This document shows, piece by piece, positions 35,562 to 49,936 of a stretch of DNA of 64,000 nucleotides. This DNA is from Eledone cirrhosa (lineage: Eukaryota), in assembly GCA_964016885.1 (NCBI GenBank), contig OZ024744.1, positions 46,004,001-46,068,000 of the forward strand. Reading direction: 5' to 3'. The stretch's first letter is position 1, and every line of letters begins with the position of its first letter. The notes under the pieces are model-generated. The model was given only the letters and a program-made list of their open reading frames with translations. It had not been told where the DNA came from and searched no databases. The translations under genes and the position numbers were made by a program.

Positions 35562-38500
35562 GTTACACAAGATATAATTAGGTTAATTAAAGTTATAATG
35601 AAGACAGCAGGTACGCGGTATCGTTGGGAATGTTTCAACTCTCGTACCGGTGTCGTACGTTAAAAGTCCCTGATATAATTTAATACCTTCAGACACAGTT
35701 CCAATCGTATTTAATTTATTGTAAATCAGAAAGTATGACTCAGTAAAATATCAATTATATATCAATAAGAGAACCTCTACGTAGTCTCTCTAACTGCTAG
35801 AAATAGCACTGATATTATCCATTACAACTGCGCTCTCTCTCTCTCATATATATACACACTCATGTATGTATATATATGTGTTTATATGTGTATATATGGG
35901 TGTGTATGTGTGTTTACACGTATGTATGGTGTGTATATGTGTACATAAGGGTTTGGTATATGTACGTTTGGTGAACATATGTGTATTTACCTGTAGGTAT
36001 GTGAGAGTGTGCGTTCTATACGCACGTATGCGTGTATATTTATATATGTATATATAATTATATGTATACATACACACAAACATATATTTATATGTGTATT
36101 TGGTGTATACGTTCGTATGTGTGCGGGTATATGTGTGGCATCGGTTTACGTCCGTGTGCATGTGTTGATGTGTACGTGCATGAATATTCAAGCATGGTGT
36201 GTGTTTTCGCATATGCACGTGTATAAATGTGTGTATGCATATATTTAATTATTATTACTTTTATATTTCTAATAACCTCTGTCATTTTCGTTCAACTAAT
36301 TTATTTACATTATTCTGAACTCCGAAGCCGAGAATCATTCAGTTTCCTAAATAGTATATTAGTCTACGACTCCATTTATACCATAAACGTGGTTTTGTCT
36401 TTACGTGTAATTGTTGTCACCGCTCCACATAACAACGTATTATCTTCGCTTTTTTCCGTTCATTGCCAGGGAACATCTTCACGAATCAAAGTATCGTCTT
36501 CCTGTTTTCCTTCGGTTGCAACGTTTTTCAAAATATTTACTTCTTCGGTCACAGATTGATTTTTTTTAGTTTCAGGAGATCCTGTTAAGGGTGAAAGCAG
36601 CGATTCCTTGATTAAACTTTAATCTGTTATTTTAATATATAATATAAGCCAGCCCTGTTGCACTTCTTGCCAATAAACATTAACCCTTTGTGCGCCATTC
36701 ATCTAACTGTAGACCAACAAATACCAACTAAACGGAGCATTGATAAGAACGATGGCGAATGAATCTTCGAGGTAAGCAGTTTCCTCCCGAGCTGTTAGTT
36801 CACGCGGGATTCTCTGCTACACCTTTTCGTAATAATACCGAACAACGTACTGCTGGTCACTCCTTCCTCCAAAAGCCGTACAAAGCGGACAAGTGCATCG
36901 GGTAGATGGATCGGGTGTAAATCTACACCAGGCCTACGTGAGAAATTCGCAAGGGACTGCACCGAGAGGGATAGAGAGAAAGAGTAACTTAGTGGAAAGA
37001 GTGCAAATGAACTTTTGAGGTAAGTAGCCTAAGCCTTAATGCTATGACACTGGAACCTTCTGCCAACTTAACCTGTGACTTTCTGTTTCACATTTACGCC
37101 AAAAGGCCAAAACAGAGGAGTATGAAAAGAAGGGGCTCAACAATATTTTAATGAACAATGCACGTAGGTAGCTAAACTGTACTTTCAACTTCTTAATTTT
37201 CTCCAAATAAAACAAGTTTCCTCTGTCGGTATATTTAACAGGCACCCACAAATAAACGTTATACCCCAAAAGAGGTATAAGGATTCCTTGAAAGCTTTTT
37301 TGAAAGACGCTAACATCTCTGCTGATACATGGGAAAATGTTGCTGCTGATTGTAATAAATGGAGAAAGACTGTATATGAGGGGAAAGTTGCCTTTGAGGC
37401 ATCTCGAATCGCATACGAGAAAGTAAAAAGGGATGAGAGGAAGGGCATTGCTATTGCATTTCCAGACGGCGAAGGTCCTCCTATGACGCTGACATGCAGC
37501 GTCTGTGCGAGACTCTGCCTAAGCAAAGCTGGACTCGAAAGTCATCTTCGCAGTCATAAAGTAAGACCAAGCTGCAGTTGAAGATGCTACTCATCATGTT
37601 TGCCAAGCATGTGGTAGAGAATGTAAATCAGCAGGAGGGCTCAAACGACATGCAAAAGTACATGAACTCCAAACACAGCCGGCTATTCCCAGTGAATGTT
37701 TTGGTTGCCAACTCTGTGCAAGACATTGGCTGGGATAAAAAGCCACATTCGATAGCATCACTGTTAATTGCTATCACACGTGTGTGTGTGTAGATGTGTT
37801 ATGTAAGTGCGCGTGTGTGTATATATATATGTATATTATTATTGTTGTTGTTATCGTTATTATTATTGTTGTTATTATTATTGTTATTATTATGTTTTTT
37901 TATCGTGCAATGGCCATACTCGATAACGAGGGGGCAGCCATCATATATATATGTGTATGTGTGTATGTGTGTAGCCGGCGAATTGTCAGAGTCGTTAGAA
38001 TGTCAGATAGAATATTTTAAGGTATTCATTCCAGCTCTCTTCTCTCTGAGTTCAAATCCCGCCGAGGTCAACTTTGCCTTTCATCATTTCGAGGTCGATA
38101 AAAAGAGTACCAGTCCAATACTGGGGTCGATACTTCCTCCATATCTCTTTCTTATTTCCTCTCTCTCACTTTCTCTCTCTGGAAGAAATGTGCTGTAGTC
38201 TGCGTATATTTCAATAACGCAGCCCCACCCCCTGTCACAACCATACCTATATATATAATTAATTACCTATATTTCTAATTAGTTAGATATATTTATATCA
38301 TTTACCTATATTTCTATGTCAGTATGTATAAATACGTCTTTCAATAAAATTTCATTTTTATTCACAAGGCTTGCGAAAATATTTTTATGTGTTTTAAATT
38401 TGTAGGACAAGGGAGGTAATCGAGATATACCGTAGGTCAGCTTATCTGCCCTTATACATAATTTCTTTATTTTAAGTACGACAAACGTGCGTCATACATT

Positions 38501-40814
38501 GTGTCTGATAGGGACTAGAGAGAAAAATATGGCCTTGTACGCTGCCTTCATTGAACTGACGAAGGCATTTGATACAGTTAGTAGGGATGGACTGTGGAAG
38601 ATCCTCAGCAGACTCGGAGGTCAGCTAAAATTCCTGACCATGCTACAACAACTCCACACAGGTCAGCAGGGAGAGGTAAAGCACAATGATAGTCTCTCTC
38701 TGATTAATTCTTCATCAAGAATGATGTGAAACAAAGCTGTGTCCGTGCCCCAAATTTATTTGCAATCTTCTTCAGCATGATGCTTCGTGATTCAAAGAAA
38801 GATCTGTGGTAGGGCATTTACATGGTTCCGTACATATGCTCTGTTAACCTGGCTTCCACACACTGAAGCATTAACACTGCAGTAACTCAACCACTCTTAC
38901 AACACGTGGGTTGTATTTACAAGCAACAGAAAAGAAAACACGGAAAAATTAATTCCAATACAAACAAAAAGAAAGTTCTATCGCCTTGCTCCTCTACATT
39001 TTTATTGAAGATTCTCATCCAACATCTGCTAACACAATAACTTAGTTTCAGAAGCACCAAGTTCGAGCAGTGATTCGGTAATCTTGGTAGAGTTAAACCT
39101 ACATAAGTAGATATAATTCAGACTAATGGTCAGACCTGCTTTTATGAGGAGTAGTAAGAGACAATAATATATGGAAGGAGGAGGAGTGAGAGAGATAGAA
39201 AGACAAAGCTGTGTTAATTCTCTCTCCCCTCCCTTCTTTTACTCTATCTACCACTTATGTCTTCATTTCACTGTTTTATTGTCTTATTTCCTAATTCCAC
39301 TTAATTCCATTAAATATTCAATCTTGGTCGAAATAAATATTTTTATCTGTGACGATCTGTACAACCAATAATAGTAGGAGTCACGTTACATGATATGTAT
39401 ATATACAGGGTGTCCCTCTAAAATATGTATACACATTTGCATAGACTGTAGTTGAAGTGTGTATACATTTTTTGGGGAGACCCTGTATATATTTTATATA
39501 TACATATATATAATAAAAGATGATTGATATATAAATATAAACATATATATATATATATTTATATATATATACACTCATATGTCTGTTTATATATGTATAT
39601 TTATAAATATATAAAGATATATATACTCTTACGTGTATACATCTGAAAATTATATATGCATGTAAACACATACGTAAACATACATGTATACATATAGATG
39701 GACAGTTATACATATACATTAATTTATTTCTATACACACATATACCACAAGTAAGGCATGGTGCTGCCAACTAACCAGACCTCCCTCATAATGGACCAGC
39801 TAGATATCCAAAATACAGGCCTGCTAGCCAACACACAGTCCCAATAAGTGTAAGTTACAGCGCAGCTATCTGGACAGACAGGTACGCAACACACACATCG
39901 CTATAGCGTTTCACCAGCCAATTTCTTCCTCAATCATTACATAGATGTGTGTGTATGTAATAATTATTTTGTATTGTGTGTCTATTTATGAATATGTATG
40001 AGTAGATGTGTAACCCAGTAGATGTGTGTGTATGTAACTCAGTAGATGTGTGTGTGTGTAACATGGTAGATGTGTGTATATAACACAGTAGATGTGGTAT
40101 GTAACACAGATGTGTGTGGTAGATGTGTGTATATAACAAAGTAGATGTGTGTATGTAACACACTAGTGTGTCTATGTAACTCAGTAGATGTGTGTGTATG
40201 TAACACAGTATATGTGTGTGTATGTAAGACAGTAGATGTGTGTGTATGTAACACAGTAGATGTGTGTATGTAAGACAGTAGATGTGTGTATGTAAGACAG
40301 TAGATGTGTGTGTGTAACTCAGTAGATGTATGTGTATGTAACACAGTAGATGTGTGTGTTTGCAACACAGTAAATGTGTGTGTTTGTAACACAGTAAATG
40401 TGTGTGTATGTAACACAGTAGATGTGTGTGTATGTAACACAGTAGATGCGTATGTAACATAGTAGATGTCTATGTAACACAGATGTGAGTATGTAAGACC
40501 GTAGATGTGTGTGTGTAACTCAGTAGATATATGTGTATGTAACACAGTAGATGTGTGTGTATGTAACACAGTAGATGTGTATGTAACACAGTAGATGTGT
40601 GTATGTAAGACAGTAGATGTGTGTGTGTAACACAGTAGATGTGTGTGTATGTAACACAGATGTGTGTGTATGTAACACAGTAGATGTGAGTATGTAACAC
40701 AGTAGATGTGTATGTAACACAGTAGATGTGTGTGTATGTAACACAGTAGATGTGTATGTAACACAGAAGATGTCTATGTAACACAGTAGATGTGAGTATG
40801 TTATACAGTAGATG

Positions 40815-41628
40815 TGTAGCGAAATCTGTCCGCGCCTTGAACTTCGGGTGATACCTAAAGGTTAAATTTTAGGTCACCACATTTATTGTGTTAACAAGTT
40901 CAGGTTGGGGGGACAGGAAGTGACAGCTATATGCAGACCATGTACAAGCCATTCCACACAGAGACATCGAAGTGATAGGATATACAACTAAATATGTAAG
41001 GATATACTGCTATAAATAGACACCCAGTGGTCTACAGTCAGAGACATCGGATCACCCCACTACAGAACAAGCTATGTAAAGATTCACTACTATTCAACAG
41101 ACCCAATGAAGTCTACAGATATGCCCAGAGCGATTCGAACCCTACTATACAGAGCACAAATGTGGAAGATATGCAGTTCACGGTATTTCTCAGTTACTAC
41201 AGACCATTCAGAGATATACGAACTATATCTCATCTCTCTCTAACTAACACGGTCTAACAACTATTACCACGAATTCCAACAACGACAACAATTATCTGTA
41301 ACTCGCCTTTTTAACACCTACAACAACAGACTACAACAACCTACACTTCAACAACAAAATAATATTGTCAATCTTTGCAACTTATGGTAACTTGTTTATT
41401 TGTACCTTTTAATTCACGTGAAGTAAACTATATAAATCAAATCATATATTCTTATATCCTTTATATTCTTTATATTATATTCACGTTATTATTCCTATTA
41501 TTTATGTTATCTCTTATAACAACATTGTTATTATCATAACAACTAAATAACCAACATATCTATTCTATACATATTACCATACTACCCATTATATAACCAT
41601 TTCTTTCTCATTTATACCTTTCGTTAAA
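40815..41628 (+). mobile_element. Solo LTR, unit B copy
   Basis: Paralog of 14365-15185 with the same GATG flanks. Confidence 0.7.
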
Positions 41629-42414
41629 GATGTGTGTGTATGTAACTCAGTAGATCTGTGTATATGTAACACGGTAGATATGTGTGTGTATGTTACTCAG
41701 TAGATGTGTGTATGGAACACAGTAGATGTGTGTATGTAACACAGTAGATGTGTGTCTATGTAACACAGTAGATGTGTGTATGTAACACAGTAGATGTGTC
41801 TGTAACTCAGTAGATGTGTCTGTATGAAATCCTTCAAATGATATCTCAGTAATGAAATAATTAATAATTGTTATAAATACCTCAAAATTCCTCTTCAATT
41901 AAACCCAAGACAGGTAATAATACTACCAGAGTCTTTCAGTCGGACATGAAACAAATTAATTTCTAATGGAAGAAAAAAAGTCAACCAAGGGAGATCACTC
42001 TCAGCGACTTATTGTAAATCTTGCTCGTGAATTAATCCGGATTAAATTATTCTGGTGTATTTTGTGGGGAGGAAACTGGGTTTACGCGGTGATAGCGCGT
42101 AATTCACGAATGTATTGTTCGTGAGTTCTAATCTCAGACCGGGTGGTCTGTACGTTGGGGCCTTGAACAAGACTTTATTTCTCATTGTTTTATTTTACCC
42201 AACTGGCAAAAATAATAAGTTGTACCAGTCATTATAGGGTGGCGTTGTTACATAGAATTGTCACACTGAATCTCCCTGAGAACAATGTCAACGGTACACG
42301 TGTCAATGTAATACCCAGACACATTATAATATGTTATGGGTTCTATATGTATGTAAAAAGGAGGCCATGTAACACGTTTTGTCTCGCTGAATCTCCCTGA
42401 GAACTACGTATATA

Positions 42415-43690
42415 CTAGTGACTATATCTAGCACTACATTATCTAATGTACAGTATAGTAGTTAGTATTAGTGGATATCAGACATAGTGTATCTAGGAGT
42501 ACATTATCTAGTGTATAGTATAGTAGTTAGTATTAGTGGCTATCAGACACAGTGTATCTAGGAGTACATTATGTAATGTACAGTACAGTAGTTAGTATTA
42601 GTGGCTATCAGACATAGTTTATCTAGGACTGCATTATCTAATGTACAGTATAGTATTTAGTATTAGTGGCTATCAGACATAGTGTATCTAGGACTACATT
42701 ATCTAGTGTATAGTATAGTAGTTAGTATTAGTGGCTATCAGACACAGTGTATCTAGGAATACATTATGTAATGTACAGTACAGTAGTTAGTATTAGTGGC
42801 TTTCAGACATAGTTTATCTAGGACTACATTATCTAATGTACAGTAGTTAGTATTAGTGGCTATCAGAAATAGTGTATCTAGGACTACATTATCTAATGTA
42901 CAGTATAGTAGTTAGTATTAGTGGCTATCAGACATAGTGTATCTAGGACTACATTATCTAGTGTACAGTATAGTAGTTAGTATTAGTGGCTATCAAGCAC
43001 AGTCTATCAAGGACTACATTATCTAATGTACACTACCGTAGTTAGTATTAGTGACTATCAGACATAGTGTATCTAGGACTACATCATCTAATGTACAGTA
43101 GTTACTACTAGTGGTTATCAGACATAGTGTATCAAGGACTACATTATCTAATGTACAGTAGTTAAAATTAGTGGCTATCAGACATAGTTTATCTAGGACT
43201 ACATTATCTAATGTATAATAGAATAGTTAGTATCAGTGGCTATCAGACATAGTGTATCTAGGACTACATTATCTAATATAGAGTACAGTAGTTAGTATTA
43301 GTGACTATCAGACATAGTGTCTCTAGGACTATATTATCTAATGTACAGTAGAGTAAGTATTAGTGACTCTCAGACATAGTATATCTAGGACTACATTATC
43401 TAATGTACAGTATATTAGTTAGTATTAGTGGCTATCAGACATAGTGTATCTAGGACTACATTATCTAATGTATAGTCTAGTAGTTAGTATTAGTGGCTAT
43501 CAGACATAGGTTATCTAGGATTACATCATCTAATGTACAGTATGGTAGTTAGTATTAGTGGCTATCAGACATAGTGTATTAAGGACTACATTATCTAATG
43601 CACAGAATAGTAGTTAGTATTAGTGGCTATCAGACATAGTATATCAAGGACTACATTATCTAATGTACAGTATAGTATTTAGTATTAGCG
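42415..43690. repeat. 65-bp minisatellite, ~20 copies
   Basis: Same unit as 16495-17247, longer array. Confidence 0.95.
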
Positions 43691-44054
43691 GTAATGTTGT
43701 TATATATATTTTCCCTTGTATATAATTACTGTATCGTTGAAGGGTTCACATAATTATATTATTTACATTAATATAGACATTAAGTAAATCTTTGTCAACT
43801 TACTTTTTCACATATAATCAATGAGTTGTGTTGTTAGTTTTTATTAAACAACCAAAGACAAATTAATTCTTATAGGACTTTCTAACATAGCTATCATCTC
43901 CTCTGCTGATGACATGTCAACACCAGTTTAACTTCCACCTTTTTATTAGTAGGAGTCAATTCTTTCTCAATATCTTTTTCTCACTTCTCTCTCCTTCTCC
44001 GGGAGGAATCAGCTGTGTTTAGACCAGGAGTCTAATGAATCTATATGAATCCAT

Positions 44055-44091
<37 letters not shown>

Positions 44092-45804
44092 CTATATCCC
44101 TTTCTCGGGAAGAAATCAAGTATATTCAGATCTGGAAGAAGGGTGTGGTCTCCACCAGGTCTAAAATACCCAATAAATGTTATATGTCACTAAGGTACCC
44201 CTATGATTCCACAAGGATTTTCTTTCTTTGGAACTATGTCTGGGTCAACCTGTGAAATAGGGATTGAGTAACTGTATTTCAGGGAGATGTTTTGATATTG
44301 AAGGGACATCTGTCAGTGTAGGGTTTCGTTGATGAAATAATAAGGTTCTAATACTGTAAAGAGCTACCTGAAACACTGTTTGGTACATGTTTTGGAGACA
44401 TGATCATAAAGCCATTTATAGAGAAGCAGTCAGCAAAGTTAGGATTAACATTGACTATATTGAAGAAATATATTTTTCCAATGTTGTTATATTTTCACTT
44501 GTATATAATTACTGTATCGTTGAAGGGTTCACATAATTCTATTATTTACACACATTAATATAGACATTAAGTAAATCTTTGTCAGCTTAGCTCCTTCAGA
44601 TGTAATCAATGTGTTGTGTTAATTTTTTACTAAACAACAAAAGAAATAATCTCTTGTTTTTGTGAGTTCAGAACAAGACAGAACAAAGGAGAGACACTAA
44701 ATAACAGCCTTGTCACTGAGGAGGTTATATAACGTGTGACTACCCTTCCAAACACCCTAACAATAGACTACCACTATTAGACATGGAACTCTGGTTAAAC
44801 ACTACAGACAAGAGGGCCCAAATTCTCCACTCACACTATGCTAAACCCATGGCCTCCAAATACCTGATACTCAAAAACTCAGCAATGTCCAATAGTGCTA
44901 AGTTTAATATTCTGATCGCAGACTTGGTAAGAGTGATGAAGAATGTGTCCCGCATGTGTGTCCCAACAGAAATGGAAAGACACATCCAACACTTCATCAA
45001 CTGCATGCAGTTCTCTGGCTACAACCAAAGAGAGAGAATCAGGAGCCACGGATGTGTGTCGAAAGAACTTTGATAGACTATATATATATATATTTATATC
45101 TATATATCTATATCCAAAATTAAGATAAATTAAATGAATTTAATCTAAATCAAAATTATGGGCGTCATGCCAGAAATACATGCACCATATCACCCGGAAA
45201 ATAAGCTTTAAGATTCTATCGAGTAGGTCCGAGCATTTTATAATAACTAGAAATTGATTAACATATATATAAACATGAATAATCACAGGAGGTAATTTTT
45301 ACAAGTGTGTAGCCACACATAGCTAGGTAAGTAACTAAATAAAGTTGACTAGAACTTCAAAAATAGATACCTTATAATATGATTAATCTTCCCTGATTAA
45401 TCATATTATAAGGGAAGATTAATCATATTATAAGGTATCTATTTTTGAAGTTCTAGTCAACTTTATTTAGTTACCTACCTACCTATGTGTGGCTACACAC
45501 TTGTAAAAATTATCTCCTGTGATTATTGATGTTTATATATATGTTAATCAATTTCTAGTTATTATATTTATATCTGTATTTTTAACCGTTGGTCAGTCAA
45601 TGATAAACTTTGATTGCCAGATAAATTAACTATGGAGATATAAAAGATACAGAAGCGAAAACCAACCCAAACCAAACATTGATTGTGTTCTGTTATTATT
45701 TCTGGCAATATTTTAACAATATAACCCTCCCCAAGTATAACAATATATATATATATATATATAGATATATATGTATATATATATATTATATATATATATA
45801 TATA

Positions 45805-46088
45805 TAATATAAGATCAAAAGATGGTTAAAGGAGTTCCATATATTTTATTATGCGCATTTCAAAAACAAACATCATCAAACAATAATATTTGTGTTTTCA
45901 TCAGATAAAACAGGAGAACATGATATGAAGGCTAAAAAACACTTGTTGATAGTGCAGTTTTAAATCAACATATCTCCATATAACCATCTTTTGATCTTAT
46001 ATTATGCATACTCCAGTCCCACAAACTGTAGAGTGCTTCTTATCCGATATCTGCATTGCTTTATTGTACTACAATAAAACTCACCTCC

Positions 46089-46091
<3 letters not shown>
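45805..46091 (-). mobile_element. Mini Penelope-like insertion present only in unit B
   Basis: Within a (TA)n run; GIY-YIG-like remnant EFYCSTIKQCRYRI, a 24-bp inverted repeat (taatataagatcaaaagatggtta) and a hammerhead. Confidence 0.6.
45843..45911 (-). ncRNA. Minimal type I hammerhead with palindromic stem III
   Basis: GTTTTAT-CTGATGA-(~16-bp A-U/G-U stem II)-GAAA-TGCGCA-TA-ATAAAAT; ATGCGCAT palindrome; AUA cleavage triplet. Confidence 0.8.
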
Positions 46092-46151
<60 letters not shown>

Positions 46152-46278
46152 GAAAGGTAGAGTTAATAACTCATACTGAAACCCTGTAATTACCAAGCTC
46201 AAAGTATAAATACTGAGCGTTATAATAATAATATATGTAGTAATAAACACAGTAAAGACCGCCTCAATAACTATTCTA

Positions 46279-46364
46279 TCTCCCGGACAGATTAGTGATT
46301 AATCTGTTTCGCCCTGAGTGTCTTTGTAACAGATAATCAATCCACGGGCATCGTCAACGAGAGA
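46279..46364 (-). ncRNA. Type I hammerhead, C3U variant (unit B copy)
   Basis: Paralog of 19244-19329. Confidence 0.7.
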
Positions 46365-46434
46365 ATCGGATTAAATGCGACAAACACCTAATGCTAACAG
46401 TCACACAAAATGAATATTTCACATTTAATCAGAT

Positions 46435-46516
46435 TCTCTCGCTGATGAAGCCCGTGGATTATCGGTTTCAAACACACTCAGGGCGAAACAGATTAATCAC
46501 TAATCTGTCTGGGAGA
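46435..46516 (+). ncRNA. Type I hammerhead, intact core (unit B copy)
   Basis: Identical by eye to 19400-19481; GTC at 46507-46509. Confidence 0.88.
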
Positions 46517-47270
46517 TATAATAGTTTTTGAGGCGGTCTGTATATATATTTATCTCTTTCTGTCTGGGAACCTCCCTAAAGTCACTTGAAATGTAGCACA
46601 GAGGAGACTGAGGTTAGCTGGACATGCTCACCGACATTCAGAGTTGACACTGCACTCAGTGTTTCTGTGGGATACACTAGAAGATGGAGACCGAGGTTGA
46701 CATATATTGATGCCCTAAGGACAGACACCAGTCCCTTGGAGACACAGGATGTGGCAGCGATGATGAGGGACAGAGACCGCTGGAGAGAACTCGTCCATGG
46801 ATCTCGGGAATTTTACCCGCCCTAAATATATATATATATATAAAGAATATATTCAAGGTATATATTGAGTTAGAAACTCAAAATAGTCTCTTACAATAAA
46901 TTAGCTCTAGGAAAGAGATTTTTCCGAGCCGTATAATATAACTGAACAAAAAGAAAACAAACACAGACATATACGTATATGTGATCAAATCATAAGGGAC
47001 TAGATTCGCTAAGGTGAAAAGAATACTAACTATAGACAATTTCCTAGAGCTAATTTATTATAAGAGACTATTTTGAGTTTCTAACTCAATATATGCCTTG
47101 AATATATTCGGCTCCGTTAATTCGTCGAGCTAATTCAAATGTCGAGTAAACCCGGCTGCTATTTTTAGTGGTATGAGTTTGCGAGAAACGCTAAGTTCTG
47201 ATACCATGTGCGTTATATATAAACACACTACCCAGTTTTTTTTAGAAGTGAGCAGGATACTAATATTTCT

Positions 47271-47351
47271 TCACCCGCTGATCAGCGAGAATATGGTAGT
47301 CCTTTTCACAATTAATACTGCGAAACAGTATTATCAAAACTGTCCGGGTGA
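47271..47351 (+). ncRNA. Degenerate type I hammerhead (G8C), unit B copy
   Basis: Perfect 7-bp stem I TCACCCG/CGGGTGA around CTGATCA...GAAAC...GTC. Confidence 0.62.
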
Positions 47352-48442
47352 TTGGTAGTTACCGCAATTATGGTTTGTATTTATTTTCTTGATTTATTCT
47401 TAAATTAAGTCTGACAAACCCTATTGCCTATAGTTAGTATTCTTTTCACCTTAGCGAATCTAGTCCCTTACGATTTGAACACATATATGTATATGTCTGT
47501 GTTCGTATTCTTTTTATATATAAAGAATATTAACTCGGATATCGAGTTTTGAAACGCCAGTGTATTAGAATTTGTAGGAAAGTAGAAAAACTCAGCATAA
47601 GGAAGCTGTTAAAAACAGTAAAATACCATCAAAATGGTCTTGGGTAAAACATTACCTCGAAGGACAGAATCAGCGGCTGTGAGTTGACTTGAAGAAATAG
47701 AATGGGTACTAACGAAGATATTTATTTCTCCATTGTTACGAGCCTCCTATTCTTCGCTGTAATCTCAGATTTAAACTGCAGGTGGTCTGAGAACTGATGA
47801 GCGTATTTTAATATTTGTGACCTCCTCTCACCCCGGGTGTACAAGCAGGGGTTGAAACTGGCAAGGTCCATCTGTACAGCTGATGAACCTGGAGTTCTGT
47901 GACTTTCATTTGTATTTTTATTTTCAAAAAATTATTTTTTACGGTTTCCCCTTAAAAAAATAGTTTTTCGTTTTGCCGTGTTTTCATTTGTCTGGTCCTC
48001 AATTTGTTAATTTTCTTAAGTGTATATATATACTAGCAGTGGTACAATCCCTAGAAATCATCATCATCATCGATTAATGTCTATCTTCCACGCTAGCATG
48101 GGTTGGACGGGTTTGTCCAATTTAGAGGCAAGTTTCGCGCTCATATAGATAGATAGAGAGAGAGAGAGAGAAGGAGAAGAGTAGACAGACAGACAATGAC
48201 AAACAGGAAGAATCAACCCCAGTATTTCACTGGTATTTCATTTATGGACCTCAAAATATATAAACAGCTTCACCTCAGTGGGATCTGTACTGAGAGAGCT
48301 AGAACAGACACTGAAAATATATCCAGATGTGCACACATGTATATAAGAACACATATATAAATATACAGATACATACACACAGATGCACATAATTATACAC
48401 ACGTACATATACATATACAATCATATTCATGGACAGAAATTT

Positions 48443-48478
<36 letters not shown>

Positions 48479-48880
48479 TAAAATAACAGATTAAAGTTTA
48501 AGCAAAGAATCGCTGCTTTCACCATTAACGGGATCTTCTGAAACTAACAAAGTCAATCTGTGAACGCAGATGTGAATATTTCAAAAAACGTTGCAACCGG
48601 AGGAAGACAGGAAGACGATACTTTGGTTCGTGGAAACGTTCCCTATACAAATAAGTAATGGTATAAACATAACATATACTTAGCTACCACATCAAAACGT
48701 AAAATATCCGCGTTAGTTCGTACTATCCGCTAAGGTAGAATGTGGGGCTGTAATACAGGAAAGTTTTGTGCAATTTATGTTTACAAGCCAAAATTGCCTC
48801 AGATTTTTTGTTTAAGATGTGGTCCTTGGATTTTAATCTTCAAATTTATTATTATTACTATATATATATATATATATATA

Positions 48881-49913
48881 TCATCATCATCATCATCACC
48901 GTTTTACGTCCGTTCTTCCACGCTAGCATGGGTTAGACGGGTTGTCCTGTTGTGGGCAGTGTCTGGTCGGCTGACCATGCCTTGCTCATACAGGAACTGA
49001 TTTGGCTTGATTTCTACAGCTGGATGCCCTTCCTAAGACCAACCTCATTTACAGTGAGTGCTGGGTGCTTTTTCGTGGCGCCTACACGTCCACGTTACAG
49101 TGTGGGCTGGGTGCTTTTTTGCCGTGGCACCTCCACGACCACCTTGCGGTTAGGGGTGTGGGGGCATATTGTCTCTTTGCTTCAGCTTGTACCCATGGGA
49201 GGTCGGGTACTCTGTATTACTGCATGACGCCAGAGGTCACAGTCGTGTGTCATTGCCTTTGAGAGGTGTAATTGGGTAAGGTCGGCTTTTATCACCTCAT
49301 CCCAGGTCATCTTGGGTCTCCCCACTCTGCGGTTTCCATCGACTTCTAGTGCTCTGCACCTTTTTATGCAGCTGTCATCCTTCATATGCATCACATGTCC
49401 ATACCAGCGCAACCGCCTCTCCTGCACACAGCATTTGATTCCTCTTATGCTCAGTCTTTCTCTTAATTCATTTATGCTTTGTCGTTCACGTATATTACTG
49501 TTACACATCCATCGGAGAATGCAGGCTTCGTTTCTCTCTAATCTACGTAAGTCTTCCACCTTCAGCGCCCAGGTCTCACTACCATGCAACATCGCTGTTC
49601 GGATACACGCATCATACAGTCTGCCTTTCATTCTGAGGGAGAAGCCTTTTGCAGCTAACAGTGGTAGTAGTTCCCTAAACTTCTTCCATCCCGTTCTTAC
49701 CCTAGTTATTGTACTTTCTGAACACCCACCTCCGCTGCTAATTCGGTCACCTAGGTAGCAGAAGCTGTCTACTGTTTCTACAGAGCCCTCCCAGAGATTG
49801 GTGGTACTTGTTTCCTGTAGCTGTTTGCTGCTTGCTGTCCCAGCATAGCTGCATGTGAAGCCTACATTCTTAATTAAGCTTCCTGAGATCCCGCTACATC
49901 TCTTGTGTACCCA
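48881..49913 (-). mobile_element. 5'-truncated RTE LINE with long 3' UTR (unit B only)
   Basis: WVHKRCSG...FCYLGD...MLHGSETW...RRLRWYGHV, (GAT)n tail, (TA)n on both sides. Confidence 0.92.
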
Positions 49914-49936
49914 TATATATATATATATATATATAT

